Below are positions 1 through 12,684 of a stretch of DNA of 64,000 nt, one piece after another. Source of the DNA: Mobula hypostoma (taxonomy: Eukaryota); the NCBI RefSeq assembly GCF_963921235.1, contig NC_086118.1, positions 14,386,001 through 14,450,000 on the forward strand, written 5' to 3'. The first letter of the stretch is position 1; every line of letters starts with the position of its first letter. The notes beneath the pieces were generated by a model, which was given only the letters and a program-made list of their open reading frames with translations, made no database searches and was not told the origin of the DNA. The position numbers and the translations under genes were made by a program.

Positions 1-648
1 AAAGAGAGCTTTTGGTACATTGGCCTTTATTAATAAAAGTATTAAGAGCTGGAATGTTATGATGAGGTTGTATAAGGCCGAATCAGGAGTATTGTGTTCA
101 GTTTTGGTCACCAGATTACAGGAAGGATATTATTAAGGTTGATAGAGTGCAGAGAAGGTTTACAAGGATGTTGCCGGGACTTGAGAAACTCAGTTACAGA
201 GAAAGGTTGAATAGGTTAGGACTTTATTCCCTGGAGCGTGGAAGAATGAGGGGAGATTTGATAGAGGTATATAAAATTATGATGGGTATAGATAGAGTGA
301 ATGCAGGCAGGCTTTTTCCACTGAGGCAAGGGGAGAAAAAAAACTAGAGGACATGGGTTAAGGTTGAGGGGGGAAAGGTTTAAAGGGAACATTAGGGGGG
401 ACTTCTTCACACAGAGAGTGGTGGGAGTGTGGAATGAGCTACCAGCGTAGGTGGTAAATGTGGATTCTATTTTAACATTTAAGAATAAATTGGACAGATA
501 CATGGATGGGAGGTGTATGGAGGGATGTGGTCCGTGTGCAGGTCAGTGGGACTAGGCAGAAAAGGGTTTGGCACAGCCAAGAAGGGCCAAAAGGCCTGTT
601 TCTGTGCTGTAGTTTTTCTATGGTTTCTATGGTTTCTATGGTTTCTAT
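1..648 (+). mobile_element. CR1-clade LINE, 3' end (RT C-terminal region plus 3' UTR)
   Basis: ORF 147-347 QRRFTRMLPGL..SYRERLNRLGLYSLE..RGDLIEVYKIM is the CR1 ORF2 C-terminus. The element ends in a (TTTCTATGG)n microsatellite tail at about 615-648. Confidence 0.93.
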
Positions 649-874
649 TGCAAGCTTCAAAGGAGCACAGTCAAGCAAAATTTGAGACTGAGACGCTTAC
701 AGATGAATTAGTTCAGCTTTTGGCTAATAATGATTGCAGATCAGTAGAGCACAGCAACTGACCCTATGACCATGGTATCTACACTGAACACAATGCCAAA
801 TTAAACTAAGTCTCTTCTGCCTGTACATGACCCATAGGCCCTCCATTCCTGCATATTGAAGTTTTTCTCCAAAA

Positions 875-1093
875 GGGCAGCAGGGTTAACACAATGCTTT
901 ACAGTACCAGCACCCAGGTTCAATTCCTACCACTGTCTGTAAGGAATTTTCACATTTTCCTTGTGGCCCTGCGGGTTCCTCCTGGTGCTACAGTTTTCTC
1001 CCACAGTCCAAAGAGGTACTGGTTGGTCGATTAATTAGTCATTGTAAATTGTCCTGTGACTAGGGTAGTGTTAAACTGAAGGTTGCTGGGGGG
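875..1093 (+). mobile_element. tRNA-derived V-SINE (HE1-like), 5' part, split by an LTR element
   Basis: B-box-like GGTTCAATTCC and central domain TTTTCTCCCACAGTCCAAAGA. Matches copies at 20380 and 25995. Continues at 3997. Confidence 0.8.
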
Positions 1094-3996
1094 TGTAATG
1101 TTGATGTGACTCGGACACCACTGAAGACTGAACAACCACGTTTATTCACCAGACTTCCATTTTTACTTCTCCACGTCCTGATGTCATACACATTCTGACA
1201 CTACGAATACTCACACAATACATTACATCCCCCTTCTCAAGATTTTTTTTTCTTTTTACAATACTGTGAATTACCAAAACAATGCCTCTAGGTATGCCCT
1301 ACTTACAGTGCAACAACCATGACGTAAACTAAAAAAAAACTTAACTTCTTGTACTGTATTCTGCATTGTAACTTACAATACTAACAGCAGTGTATTTTCT
1401 TTTACTAACATGGACTAATAAACCTTTTATTTCACACCTTGGAACTTATGACATGTGTGACTTTGCCTCAAACTGTGTGAGACTGTATGTATGTCTAGTC
1501 TCTGTACCTAGCTGGAAGTTTGACTTGTCTCTCAGACCGTGTGTGATACAACTGTGACGGCGCTTGTCCTTCATCAGTGTCAGTCTCTTGAGTGATCTCT
1601 GTGTCTTTGCGGTCTGCATCGTTCTTGGTGTCGTTTGTTTCCATGTCTGTATCTGTGTAAATGTCCTGTGCATCTGTACCTGGAAACTCCCTCTCACCTG
1701 TCTTCAGCAGATGCTTCCTGTTCCTCCTGTAGACGCTTCCATCCGGCGTGCGAGCTATGAAGGATCTTGGTTGCTGATGTCTGTTCACAACCACAGCTGA
1801 TTGCCAAGTGTCTCCTCTCTGTATTCTGACATTTTCACCTGTATGCAGATCTGGCAACTGTCTTGTATGTCTGTTGTTGCTTGTCTTCGGGTGGTGGTAG
1901 CTGTACCACAGCTCTGACTTTTTCATCATCTGGTTTTAGCCCACCAGCACTGAGTACATGACCTATGTATTTGATCTCTGTAGTTCTGATCTTAAATTTA
2001 CTTTTTTTCAGTTTTAGGTTGTACTCACGTGCTCTCTCCAGGAGCTTCCTCAGTCTCTGATCATGTTCCTCAATTGTGTCATCCCATATCGGCAAATCAT
2101 CAATGATATTGACCACCCCGTCCAGGTCTTCTATCACTTGTGCCACGGATCTCTGGAATACCTCTGATGCAGAAAATGATATCTCCCTATGGACGTGTCG
2201 TGTTGAAAGTACATAATTTGGAACTTTCTTCATCCAGCCTGATCTGCCAGACACCTTGATTTGCGTCTAATACTGAAAAGTTATTTTGCATTAGGCATGC
2301 GGGAGACAACCTCTTCAACCATGAGTAGCGGATAGTGCTCTCTTTTGATGGCTTGGTTGAGATCTTGTGGATCCTCGCAAATCCTCGTCTTTTTTTCTGT
2401 GACCACTGTCACCATACTATTCACCCAGTCGGGCGGTTCTATTTGTCTTGTTATGACTCCCATCTGTTCCATTCTGTGTAGCTCCTCCACTACTTGATTC
2501 CTGAAAGCTACTGGAGCATGAACTTCTTGGGGCATGAACGACTGGTGCAGTTGTTGGATAAACTGGGTATGGTGTTTCCCTGGTAAACTTCCTAATCCAG
2601 TAAACAAGTCATCAAAGTCTTTGAGAATGTCATTTTCTTTTTCAACACCATAGCTTTGCTTCACCAGGCCTAGCTTTGTGCATGTTGCTTTGCCCAGTAT
2701 TGCTGGAACATGTTGTTGTACTATTTCAAACTCGATCTTGTATTGTTGACCTTTGTACACACAGGTGAATGTTTGCCCAGTGGCGCTGTCTTGTGACCAA
2801 AATATGCAACAAGCTTGCAGGTAGATTTTTCCAGTCTTCCTCTGATATCCAGTGAGTTAAATGTTTCTGCTGACATTACATTGCACTTTGCCCCAGTGTC
2901 AATCTTAAATGTCACATTTCTCCTGTTTATTATCAGATCTTGGGTCCAATCATCTTCATCCTCCATCTCTGCATTGTCAATATTCTTGATGCATACCTCC
3001 TGTTCCACTTCAACTGTGCCAATGAACATATCATTGTTGCCCTCACTCTGTTCCACAGCATGCATTTTCCTTGCATGCTCCTTCGATTTGCACATCCTTG
3101 CAAAGTCATTTCTCTTCTGGCATAACTTGCATGTTTGACCAAAGGCTGGACATTTTCTGTATCCATGTTTATAACCACATCTGTTGCAATTAATTTCCTT
3201 TTGATCATCCTGTGGAGCTGGCTTTGTCCTACTTTTGTCAGTTTTCAGAGTTCTTGTTTTGTGCACTTCCATCTCTTCATTGAGCACTTTAACCTGACTT
3301 GACGTGATCTCGCTGGCACGGCAAACATCAATCGCCTTATCTAATGTAAGATCCGCCTCTCTCAATAGCCTGCCTCTCACTTGATCATCTCGTATGCCGC
3401 ACACAATGCTGTCACGTATTAAAGAATCATGCAGTTGTCCAAACTCACAGTTTTTTGCCTTGCTCTTCAAATCTGTTACATAGGTGTCTATGGTCTCTAT
3501 TGGTCCTTGAGCCCTCATGAAAAACCTGTGTCGGATGTACGGTAGGTTTTTTCTCGGTTCGCAATAATCTTGAAACTTTTTCTTCAACACTTCAATTTTA
3601 TCTTGCTCATCATCTTGGAAGACAAACGTGTTGCAAACCTTTATTGCCTCTTCCCCCCGATACATGCAGAAACATAGCACACTGCACTTTCTCCGTCTTT
3701 TCAGCTAGGCCGCTAGCGGTGCAAAACAGCTCAGACTTCTGGATCCACATTTTCCAGTTCTCAGCAAGATCACCTTGTAGGCTTAAACCTGACGCTGGCT
3801 GTAACTGTGACATCTTTTACATGTCTTCTTTTCTTTTTTATTTGCGATTTCTTCTTACACCATGTAATATTGATGTGACTCAGACACCACAGTAGATTGA
3901 ACAACCACGTTTATTCACCAGACTTCCATTTTTACTTCTTCACGTCCTGACGTCATACGCACTCTGACACTACGAATACTCACACAATACATTACA
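1094..3996 (-). mobile_element. Internally deleted Ty3/Gypsy LTR retrotransposon with 134-bp LTRs
   Basis: Direct repeats 1094-1227 and 3863-3996 (TGTAAT..ATTACA, 9 mismatches by eye). Polypurine tract on the minus strand next to 1228 (AGAAGGGGGA). PBS-like TGGTGTAAGAAG next to 3862. Gag, protease and RT remnants inside. Confidence 0.93.
1495..3813 (-). pseudogene. Frameshifted gag-pol: Gag with two Cys/His knuckles, aspartic protease, partial RT, integrase C-terminal tail
   Basis: ORFs 3610-3813, 2721-3680 (CNRCGYKH..C..CKLCQKRN..C; FKIDTGA), 2281-2760, 1835-2254 (IIDD in place of YxDD) and 1495-1929. No RNase H or integrase core. Confidence 0.88.
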
Positions 3997-4052
3997 GAGG
4001 GCACAGCTCAAAGGGCTGGAAGGGCCTATTTTGAGTAGTATCTTAATAAATC
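3997..4052 (+). mobile_element. 3' part of the V-SINE interrupted at 1093
   Basis: GCACAGCTCAAAGGGCTGGAAGGGCCTATT matches the SINE tail at 26209-26240. Confidence 0.75.
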
Positions 4053-4874
4053 AAATTTTAAAAACAACAGCAAAGCAAGCCCCTTTCCTCCCTCCCACCC
4101 ACCCACCTACACACACAGACAGGCCTCCAGGACAGGCTGCCTCTGGAATCCCAGATATTGGGCACAGACTTACAGTCACACGTACTAGGCCTCAACTTTT
4201 GGACTTGCTGGCCATGGTACTTCACCTTTCGGGCTTCACCCTCCAGGGTTGACCCCAGGACTCACCAATCACGGATTTTGAACAATACCTTAGCATGGAA
4301 CTCCGACTCTGGGACTCACTGAACTGGGGTTTCACCAGCTCTTGTCCACAAGGCCCACCAAACTGCCGTCCATCCGTGGGGATCACTGGCCTTCTGCCAT
4401 GGAGCACTTCAACCTGAACTCTGGCTCCTACCCTAACTCTTCATCTGTTGTCCCTTCCTCTAGCTCATCTCATCTCTGTCCCTGAACCTGTCTCCAACTT
4501 TCAATGCTGCCCCAAAACCTTCCCTATGAACCTAAACAAAAAGTAAGTCATAGCCACGGACTCAGTGGTGAAAGGTAACATATTAAAAGTTGATTTACAA
4601 GGTAAATTAGAGTGGCAGGTGTCAACAACTACCAGGGGACGTGATGGAAACAAACACGATAGCAATGTTAATAGGTGTTCAGAAAGGAAAACAGACAAGC
4701 AGGGAATGAGAGATATGGACAACACACGACAGATGTGAGATTTAAATGGGAATCATGCTCAGCAGTGACATCCTGGGTGGACGGCCTAATCTCTTACACT
4801 AATGTTCTACATTCTTCCTCAATATCTACAACTGTGCCAATTTTGAAGTTGTCTGCAAACTCACTAATTTGAAA

Positions 4875-5020
4875 TTTGACCTCACTAGGTCGAAGGGTCT
4901 CAGCCTGAAACGTCGACTGTACCTCTTCCTAGAGATGCTGCCTGGCCTGCTGCGTTCACCAGCAACTTTGATGTGTGTTGCTTGAATTTCCAGCATCTGC
5001 AGAATTCCTGTTGTTTGCAT
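4875..5020 (+). mobile_element. Short Penelope-like terminal-repeat insertion with 14-bp target duplication
   Basis: GAAGGGTCTCAGCCTGAAACGTCGACTGT motif shared with 12696 and 49369. TCACTAATTTGAAA at 4861-4874 and 5021-5034. Confidence 0.8.
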
Positions 5021-5035
5021 TCACTAATTTGAAAA

Positions 5036-5600
5036 GTAAGTTGGGGGAATGCTTCATTGAGAGCCCTGTTGTAAACTGTGGGGACTGCTTCGTTGACAGC
5101 CCCACTGTAAATTGGGGGACCGCATCGTCGAGCACCACCAAGCCCTCCTCTTGTGCCAAGATGAGACCACCTTCAGGTGGAGCAGCAACACCTTACATTT
5201 CAACCAGGTACACTCCAACGTGATGACATGAATATCGATTTCTCCTTCTGGTAAACAAATTTCTCTCCCCGCCCCCCACTGTTCCACACTCCAACCTTTT
5301 ACTTCTCACCTGCCTATTACTTCCCCTTGGGTCCCCTCCTCCTTCCTCTTCTCCTATTTTCCACTCTCCTCTCTTATCAGATTCTTTCTTCTCCAGCCCT
5401 TGACCTTTCACACCCACCTGGCTTCACCTATCACCTTCCAGATTGCCTTTTTCCCCTCCTCTCATCTTTTTATTCTGGGATCTTCCCCTTTCTTTCTCAG
5501 TCCTGAAGAAGGGTCTTGGTTGAAACATCGACTATCTATTCATTACCATGGATGCCATGTGCGTGTTGCTTTGGATTTCCAGTATCTGAAAACTTTCTCA
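5036..5600 (+). mobile_element. Degenerate Penelope-like element 3' fragment
   Basis: Remnant of the GIY-YIG C-terminus (..EQQHL..MNIDFS), pyrimidine-rich tract, and a degenerate CTGAAGA..GAAAC motif near 5503-5535. Confidence 0.75.
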
Positions 5601-6074
5601 TGTTAATGAGAGAGATGGGGGCTTTGGGGTACAGAGGGAACTTGTTGCAAACTCTTCGTACACAGGTAGAGAGAGGTAGGAGAGATGGTGAGGTAAGGTA
5701 GAAAGGCAACCTATGATTTGGAGTCATCCAGTCCTTTTGCAATACCCCTTTAATTAAGGAAGATGGAAAATGATGGCCAAAGGAAGCATTGTGAATGTAT
5801 TGTAAATATGGAAATGTCCTTTGATCTTTAGCACATAAAAATGTCATGTAGCATTGGGTCGAGCAGACCTTTTTCCTCTGAAGGGAACTTCTCGACCCAA
5901 CACCTCACTACATTGCTTCCTTTGAACTACAGACAAACTTCACGCCTCCCACTTCGCACCTACACCACAGACATCTAAATGCATTTTAACCAGCAATGTC
6001 TGGTCTTCCCATTAACTGTGATTGATGCTCTTAGGAATCTATTGTTCAGACCTGCATTTTAAATTTAATCTATA

Positions 6075-6766
6075 GTTTATATTCTTATTTGGAGATTGGT
6101 GGATGAAGTCATATGCTGAAGTGATTTACTGTAAGCGGGAGGAGAAGATGGCAGCGCAATGCAGCACGCGCAGCTCTCCAGTGAAATGATATCGTATCTG
6201 TTAAATAGGGGCCGTGGACAATTCAGATTTGAAGAAGACAGACGTGAGAAGCAGAGAAACATCTGGAGAAATTTCTGAAATGCCTGGTTCGCTGCTGTTG
6301 TTACTGTGCGATCGAGAATCTCCGGAGGGAAGGCCCCAAAATCCCTGGCTTTGCCTACTGCTGGCGACCGAGGCTGAGGTCGAAGCATTCAGATAGAGAT
6401 GGTGGTCGGTACTCAGTGTCGGAGGGCTGATCAGAGCTCGAAGTTTTCAGATGACTCAGAGTTGGACTGTGGTCGGGCATGGCAGGGAGAGTTTTCTTCC
6501 TTCTCCCATCTGTGTGAGGTGTAGGACTTTCCGGAAGCTTTGAACTTTTTTACTGTGCCATGGACTGTTCTTCATCAAGTTATGGTATTGTTGCACTGTT
6601 GTAACTCTATGTTATAATTATGTGGTTTTATTAGGTTTTCAGTCTTGGTCTGTCCTGTGTTTCTGTGACATCACACCGGAGGAATATTGTATCATTTCTT
6701 AATGCATGCATTACTAAATGACAATAAAAGGGGACTGCGTGTCCTCATAATCTAATCTAATCTATA
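6075..6766 (+). mobile_element. Unclassified non-coding retroposon with (TAATC)n tail
   Basis: GC/CpG-rich head, AATAAA near 6723, (TAATC)3 tail, and TAATCTATA on both flanks (6066-6074, 6758-6766). Confidence 0.55.
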
Positions 6767-7797
6767 TGTGCTAACCCCAAAAATGCCCCAATAGACCCAA
6801 AAGTCCTACCTTAAAGCTGTGTGGAAATATCTTCCCCACGCACCTCAGCAAACCAGGATGAACCTTTCCCCCAGCACAGTTAGAAATACGTAATAAATGT
6901 CAGTGTCCCAGTAGTGAATGAATATATTTAAACAGTGTTAGCCCAAAATCTGCAATATTATTGAAAAACTCACAATCAGGTATACCGATATCTGGGCCAA
7001 AACCCATTGTGTTCAATATCTGTTCACCCTAACCTGGGAGAACTCCTCCTCAGTATTTCCTCCTGTGTGTTGTCCCATACTGAATTAAAATGTTGCTCCC
7101 AGCCATCTGTGCACATCTTGGTATCAAGTGTGAACGTTGTTCGGTAATTTAGGCAACTGTATATTGCCCTTTCCCTGAAGAACACCTTCTGTGCACATCT
7201 CACAATGTATTTGAAATCCAAACTCTGCAATATTTCAGGAGGCAAATATTTGACAGTATGATTCATCTGTGGTTTCATTCCATATGACTAATTGGCTACA
7301 ATTTGCCAGAAGTTGAATAAACAAAATCTCAAACACAAAGAACCAGCTGCTGTTTTATTGCAAAATGCAAACAAAATTAGTGATTAAACAAATACTTGGA
7401 AGCCATTAAGTGAAATGCCTGGCACCATTTCTGCCAAAGTGCAAAACTCATTAAGTCTTAGAATTTATTTATAAGAAATACCCAAAACTTGACAGGAAAA
7501 TTAGTATGATTCTCTTGAATCTACTTAATACAGATTCTTAAGGGGAGGTAAAATTTGCTCCAATGAGAGAGATTTGGTCTTGACTGGGCCTCCTCCCTTA
7601 CACCATAATTTTTCACTTGTACTTTATCAAAGCTGAAGTCACAGGTAGAACTCTACAAACAACACTGGCTTTTAGTGACAGATATTCCAGCCCAAACACA
7701 ATTACTTCCAAAATCCCAGCTAAACTAACTTTGAACTGACTCCTTATACTGCCATACCAAGACTGCATGATCAACAGTAATCTGGGTCTCTGACATT

Positions 7798-8545
7798 TGT
7801 GATGGCAAACCAAGCTATCGGACGATTGATGCTCATGAGAGTGGTAAGAGTGACAATGGAGAAACATTCAAAATGCTAATAAGAGAGGAGAGAGGGATTA
7901 ACGGAAAAGAAACACAATTCAGAATATTGACAGACCGGTTGCTTTGAACCTGAACTGTTTGAAGTTTGATGGACAGGTGATACCCCAGCAGGGGGATAAA
8001 AAGAGCAGATTCACTAAGGCACGGGACACCACGAGACCACAAGACATCGAGACCCTGGAAAGAGCGGTGTGCCCCCACAAGTGATGAGAGTTTGGAGGTC
8101 CGGTTCGTGGGAACTGACCATAGGCTCACAGGGTGTAAAGGTACGATCGGTGGGAACCTGGTGTGTGTGTCCACCCTTGCCTGGGTGCCGGCTTCACCGC
8201 GGAACAACGATCGTACCCGGAACGGAGGGGTCACAGTCGGTGACCACAGCGGGATAGAAGACATCAAGGGTCTGCCTGAACCAAATTGCATCCCCCCCTC
8301 TCTCTCTCTCTCCCCAACGGTACAACAGCGATTACTGCGAACTGCACTAAGCTGAAATGAACTCTGCATCACTTGAGACTGATCATTTTACCCCTAGACT
8401 GCGATAAAGCTTGGTTGATATCTTTACGATTAGAGTACTGTATTATTTGTTTCTTTAATAAAACTTTATTAGTTCCTAGTAATCCAGACTCCAACGAGTG
8501 TTCCATTTCTACTGGTTTGGTAACCCAGTTACGGGGTACGTAACA
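7798..8545 (+). mobile_element. Solo LTR related to the LTRs at 53067 and 57092
   Basis: TGTGA..CCAGTTACGGGGTACGTAACA. Shares the GATACCCCAGCAGGGGGATAAAAAG core and the 3' end with the 53-kb LTR. Flanks are CATT and CGTT (4-bp TSD, one mismatch). Confidence 0.85.
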
Positions 8546-9689
8546 CGTTGCTTAGCCATTGGTTTCAGAGGAAGGGGGAGATTGTTTACAATAGCAAAAT
8601 CGAGTTTACAGCGACTCTTTTCCTAAAATGCTTTACGGGAGCACAGTGAAATAATGTGTGATGCCAAGCTAAAATACATTGCTACAAGTAATTAAAATTT
8701 TGCTACTACTTAAAAAAAGATTGTAAGAGGGGGACATGGAGATGTCTGTGGAAGGAATTCTAGATTTTAATCATAAGCGGCTGAAGAAATTAGTGTCAAT
8801 GTAGGAGGAAAGGGAATGGAAACATTATGGCTGTGCTGTCTTGGCACTGGAGTGTGTGATGACACTTGTGGGCTGCCTCCAGCACATCCTCAAGTGTGTT
8901 GGTTGTTAACACAAATGACGAATGTCATTGTATGTTTCAATGTATATGTGCAAATAAACTTGAATCTTAAATCTCTGGAGATATATAAAGATCCACAGTT
9001 GTTGGAATGTGTGATTGGAAATTCAGCTCAATTAGTGAAGGCTTCTAGATGGAATCAGGCAACTTTAGACATCCAACTGGGCACTTTGTGTCATAAGGCA
9101 GCATACCTGAATGAAAAATGCATCTTCACCACTGATCCACTATGCACCAAATTCCTTGTGCAATGCTGATTTACAGTGTTGTTGACAGATATTACACCAG
9201 GCTATTTCAATGTTTAGCTGCCCTTAGTTTTTCATAAGCTGCTCACTCCACACCCATGTGCGGCCACTCAGATTTAATACTCTAACCTGCTTTGGAGGCT
9301 TTTAACCAATCTGAAATTTGTCCAGTTGGCTACTGACTCCAATTGAGGTGCACAGCCAGATCAACAACTGAAATCTTACAAGGGATGGTCACCCTGTGTG
9401 CTTTTCAATTGGAAATCACAGACCAGTTATTGGAGGCCCCCTATCATGGACAAGAGACTGCCGGCATCTGAATCTGAAGAAACAAACAATCTGCTGGAGG
9501 AACGAAGTGGGTCGAGCAGCATCTGTTGGGGGGGGGGCGGGGGAGAGAATTTGTCAGAAGTGTGGGACACAAACACAATTCCTCTGATAGATATATTTGA
9601 CCTTCAGTGAGGAATTACCCAACCACACATCACTTCCCGGTAAACATCAGCTTCCTCACCTCACCTCATTGCAGATGGTTGTGACTAAA

Positions 9690-11275
9690 ATAGAGACATA
9701 CAGAATGGAAACAGGCCATTCACCCCCACCATGTCCCTATTAGTCCATCTCCCATCACTTGGACTATTACTTGCAATGCCTAGGTGATTGGTGCTCATCC
9801 AGACACTTACTAAATGCCATCAGTGACTCTGCTTCCACCGCTCTCTCATGTCCCGCATTCCAGATTCCCACCATACTATGAGGTTCTCTGTTTTCTAATT
9901 TCTCTTACCACGCCCCTATCAATCTACATCCTCTAGTTTAATCTACCACTGAAATGGGGCAAAGTTTCTTGCAGTCTACCCTATCTCTACCCCTCATAAT
10001 CTTATATTCCTCAGATATGTACTCTCTTTACCTTCTTACATTGCTCAGTATCATCACCTCTTCTGCTCCAAGGAAAACAGGCCTCACTTCTCCAGTCTCT
10101 CCTTATAACTGAACTACTCCCAGGCAACATCCAGATGAATCTCCTCTGCACCCTCCCCAGCACTATTACATCAGCATTTAATAGGTATTGGGCACTTATC
10201 CCCACAACCCCCCACCAACTCCCCCTCAGCTATGACAACCTTAAGGAATCAGCTCCTGGCTTTCACATGTGACTTAGCTTCTAAGCCAAGTGGAACTGTT
10301 TTTACTGATAGGAGAAGAGGCAAAGGAGGGTTACTGGCACCTTAAAACCAGTCACCCAAGACAGTTGGGGCCCATCACCATGGTTGGCAGCTTGTCTAGA
10401 AGGAAAACTCTGATCTCAAATCTCCACTGCCTTGTGCTTTATCCAGTCATGGGGAATGTTTCATGAGTAAACCCCAAGGAAAAACCTGGAGTTTGTGTCC
10501 TTAAGGTAGTCCCAGGCTGAGTTCTACTCTAACAGGCAACACCACGGGTGCCGAACTCTGCTGTTCCCCTGGATTCATCAGCTGCTTGGAGAGCTGCAGT
10601 ATAGGCAAGAGCTTGCTCTCCATATCATACTGCCGTGGCTTGCATATTGACTGATGGGGCCACACTAACAATGTAGACAGCTAGGACACAACATCCATTG
10701 TCGACCCTGATCAAACGCAGGCCTCAGTAGTGTGGAGGCAAGGACTGCACACAATATTCCCCAAGTTCTGTGCAATAATGTTAGAGCATAATCTCCCTGC
10801 TCTTGTATAGAGTGCCCTGACTAATAACAGCCAGTATCCTATATACTTTCTTAACTATGTCACCTACCATTCCCGATGGCACATAGTGTCAGCTATTCAT
10901 TCTTTTCCACAGATGCTGCCTGCCCTGCTGTGTTTCTCCATTATTCTGTGTGTGTGTGTGTGTGTGTGTTACATCTATCAGTGTTGTCATTTTCAAGGAT
11001 CTTTGGACGTGTACACCAATGTCCACCTGTTCCAAATACCCCCTAACATCCCACCCTTCATGGCATATCTCCTAGCCTTATTAATGCTCCCCAAATTCAT
11101 CAGGATTAAACTTCGTTTGCATTTCTCAGCCCATTTCACCAACACATGAACATTACAATGCAGCCTGAGACTATCCACCCTGTCAGTCTCTGTGTCATCT
11201 GTTAATTTACTGATCAAGCCATCTGAATCCACAGCCAAATCACTCATGCATATTCTAAAACAGGATCCCAGCATC
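9690..11275 (-). mobile_element. Old CR1 LINE 3' fragment, interrupted at 10173-10725
   Basis: ORF 10011-10205 (RVQRRFIWMLPG) and ..LISKLTDDT.. at the end of ORF 10993-11862. The host sequence resumes at about 10728. Confidence 0.7.
10173..10725 (+). mobile_element. Non-coding RTE-derived (SINE-like) element with an inverted 5' segment
   Basis: 10251-10725 is the reverse complement of about 42165-42645, while 10173-10250 matches 42688-42752 directly. The RTE assignment rests on recalled similarity to RTE 5' UTRs. Confidence 0.65.
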
Positions 11276-11839
11276 TGACACCTTTCTGTGTGGCAGGTAG
11301 GCTCGTGCCTTTGATGCATTGGGCAGTTTTGACTCCCACTTGGATAGCTTTCCTGACCACCGCAGTGCAGTTTCCGTTCCACGCAGTGATGCAGCGTGTT
11401 AGGATGCTCTCTACTGCATATCTGTAGAAGGTCATGAGTATTGAAGTGCGTAGTCCAGCTCTTCCCAGCTTCTTCAGAAAGCAGAGGAATTGGTGAGCTT
11501 TCTTGATTGTGGTTTGATTTGTGCGTTCTGATATCATGAGAAATTTTGCAAATGTGCACTCCCAAGAGTTTGAAACTGCTTGTACTTTCCACTGCTGTGC
11601 CGCCGATGTAAAGAGGGGTATGAGTGGTATGAGTTCTCCTGAAGCAGAAAACCATCTCCTTGGCCTTGTTGATATTGAGTAAGAGGATGTCTGCCAGGCA
11701 CCAGACCTCGAGCTCTTCCACCTCCTCTCTGTAGGCCATCTCCTCATTGTTGGTGATGAGCCCAACCACTGTCATGTCATTAGCGAACCTGACAATGCCC
11801 TTACACTTAATGGATGGGGTACGAGGGGGAGGTGGGGCA

Positions 11840-12166
11840 TTAGCGGAAGTTGGAGAAGTCAATGTTCATGCCATCAGGTTGGAGGCTACCCAGACGGAAT
11901 ATAAAGTGTTGTTCCTCCAACCTGAGTGTGGCTTCATCTTTACAGTAGAGGAGGCCGTGGATAGACATGTCAGAATGGGAATGGGATGTGGAATTAAAAT
12001 GTGTGGCCACTGGGAGATCCTGCTTTCTCTGGCAGACAGAGCATAGGTGTTTAACAAAATGATCTCCCAGTCTGCGTCGGGTCTCGCCAATATATAGAAG
12101 GCCATATCGGGAGCACCGGACGCAGTATATCACCCCAGCCGACTCACAGGTGAAGTGTCGCCTCAC
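11840..12166 (-). pseudogene. GIY-YIG endonuclease domain of a Penelope-like element
   Basis: GVIYCVRCSRYGLLYIGETRRRLGDHF..H..PVATHFN..RLEEQHFIFRLGSLQPDGMN. Confidence 0.9.
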
Positions 12167-12684
12167 CTGGAAGGACAGTCTGGGGCCCTGAATGGTGGTA
12201 AGTGACGAAGTGTAAGGGCATGTGTAGCACTTGTTCCGCTTACAAGGATAAGTGCCAGGAGGGAGATCAGTGGGGAGGGATTTGGGGGGGAGGAATGGAC
12301 AAGGGAGTCGCGTAGGGAGCGATCCCTGTGGAAAGCAGAGGTGGGGGAGGGAAAGATGTGCTTAGTGGTGGGATCCCGTTGGAGGTTGCGGAAGTTACGG
12401 AGAATAATATGTTGGACCCGGAGGCTGGTGGGGTTCTTCTTCCCTCTCTCCTTTTTCTCCCTCTGTCCCTCTCACTATACCCCTTGCTCATCCTCTGGGT
12501 TTTTCCCCCCCTCCCCCTTTTCTTTCTCCTTGGGCCTCCTGTCTCATGATCCTCTCATATCCCTTTTGCCAATCACTTGTCCAGCTCTTGGCTCCATCCC
12601 TCCCCCTCCTGTCTTCTCCTATCATTTTGGATCACCCCCCTCCCCCTCCCACCTTCAAATTTCTTACTAGCTCTTCTTTCAGTT

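Noticed and set aside
6770..7278. Minus-strand ORF 7024-7278 and neighbouring open stretches as a possible endogenous viral or gene fragment
   Set aside because: No recognisable motif after manual translation, and the length is compatible with chance. BLASTX would be needed.
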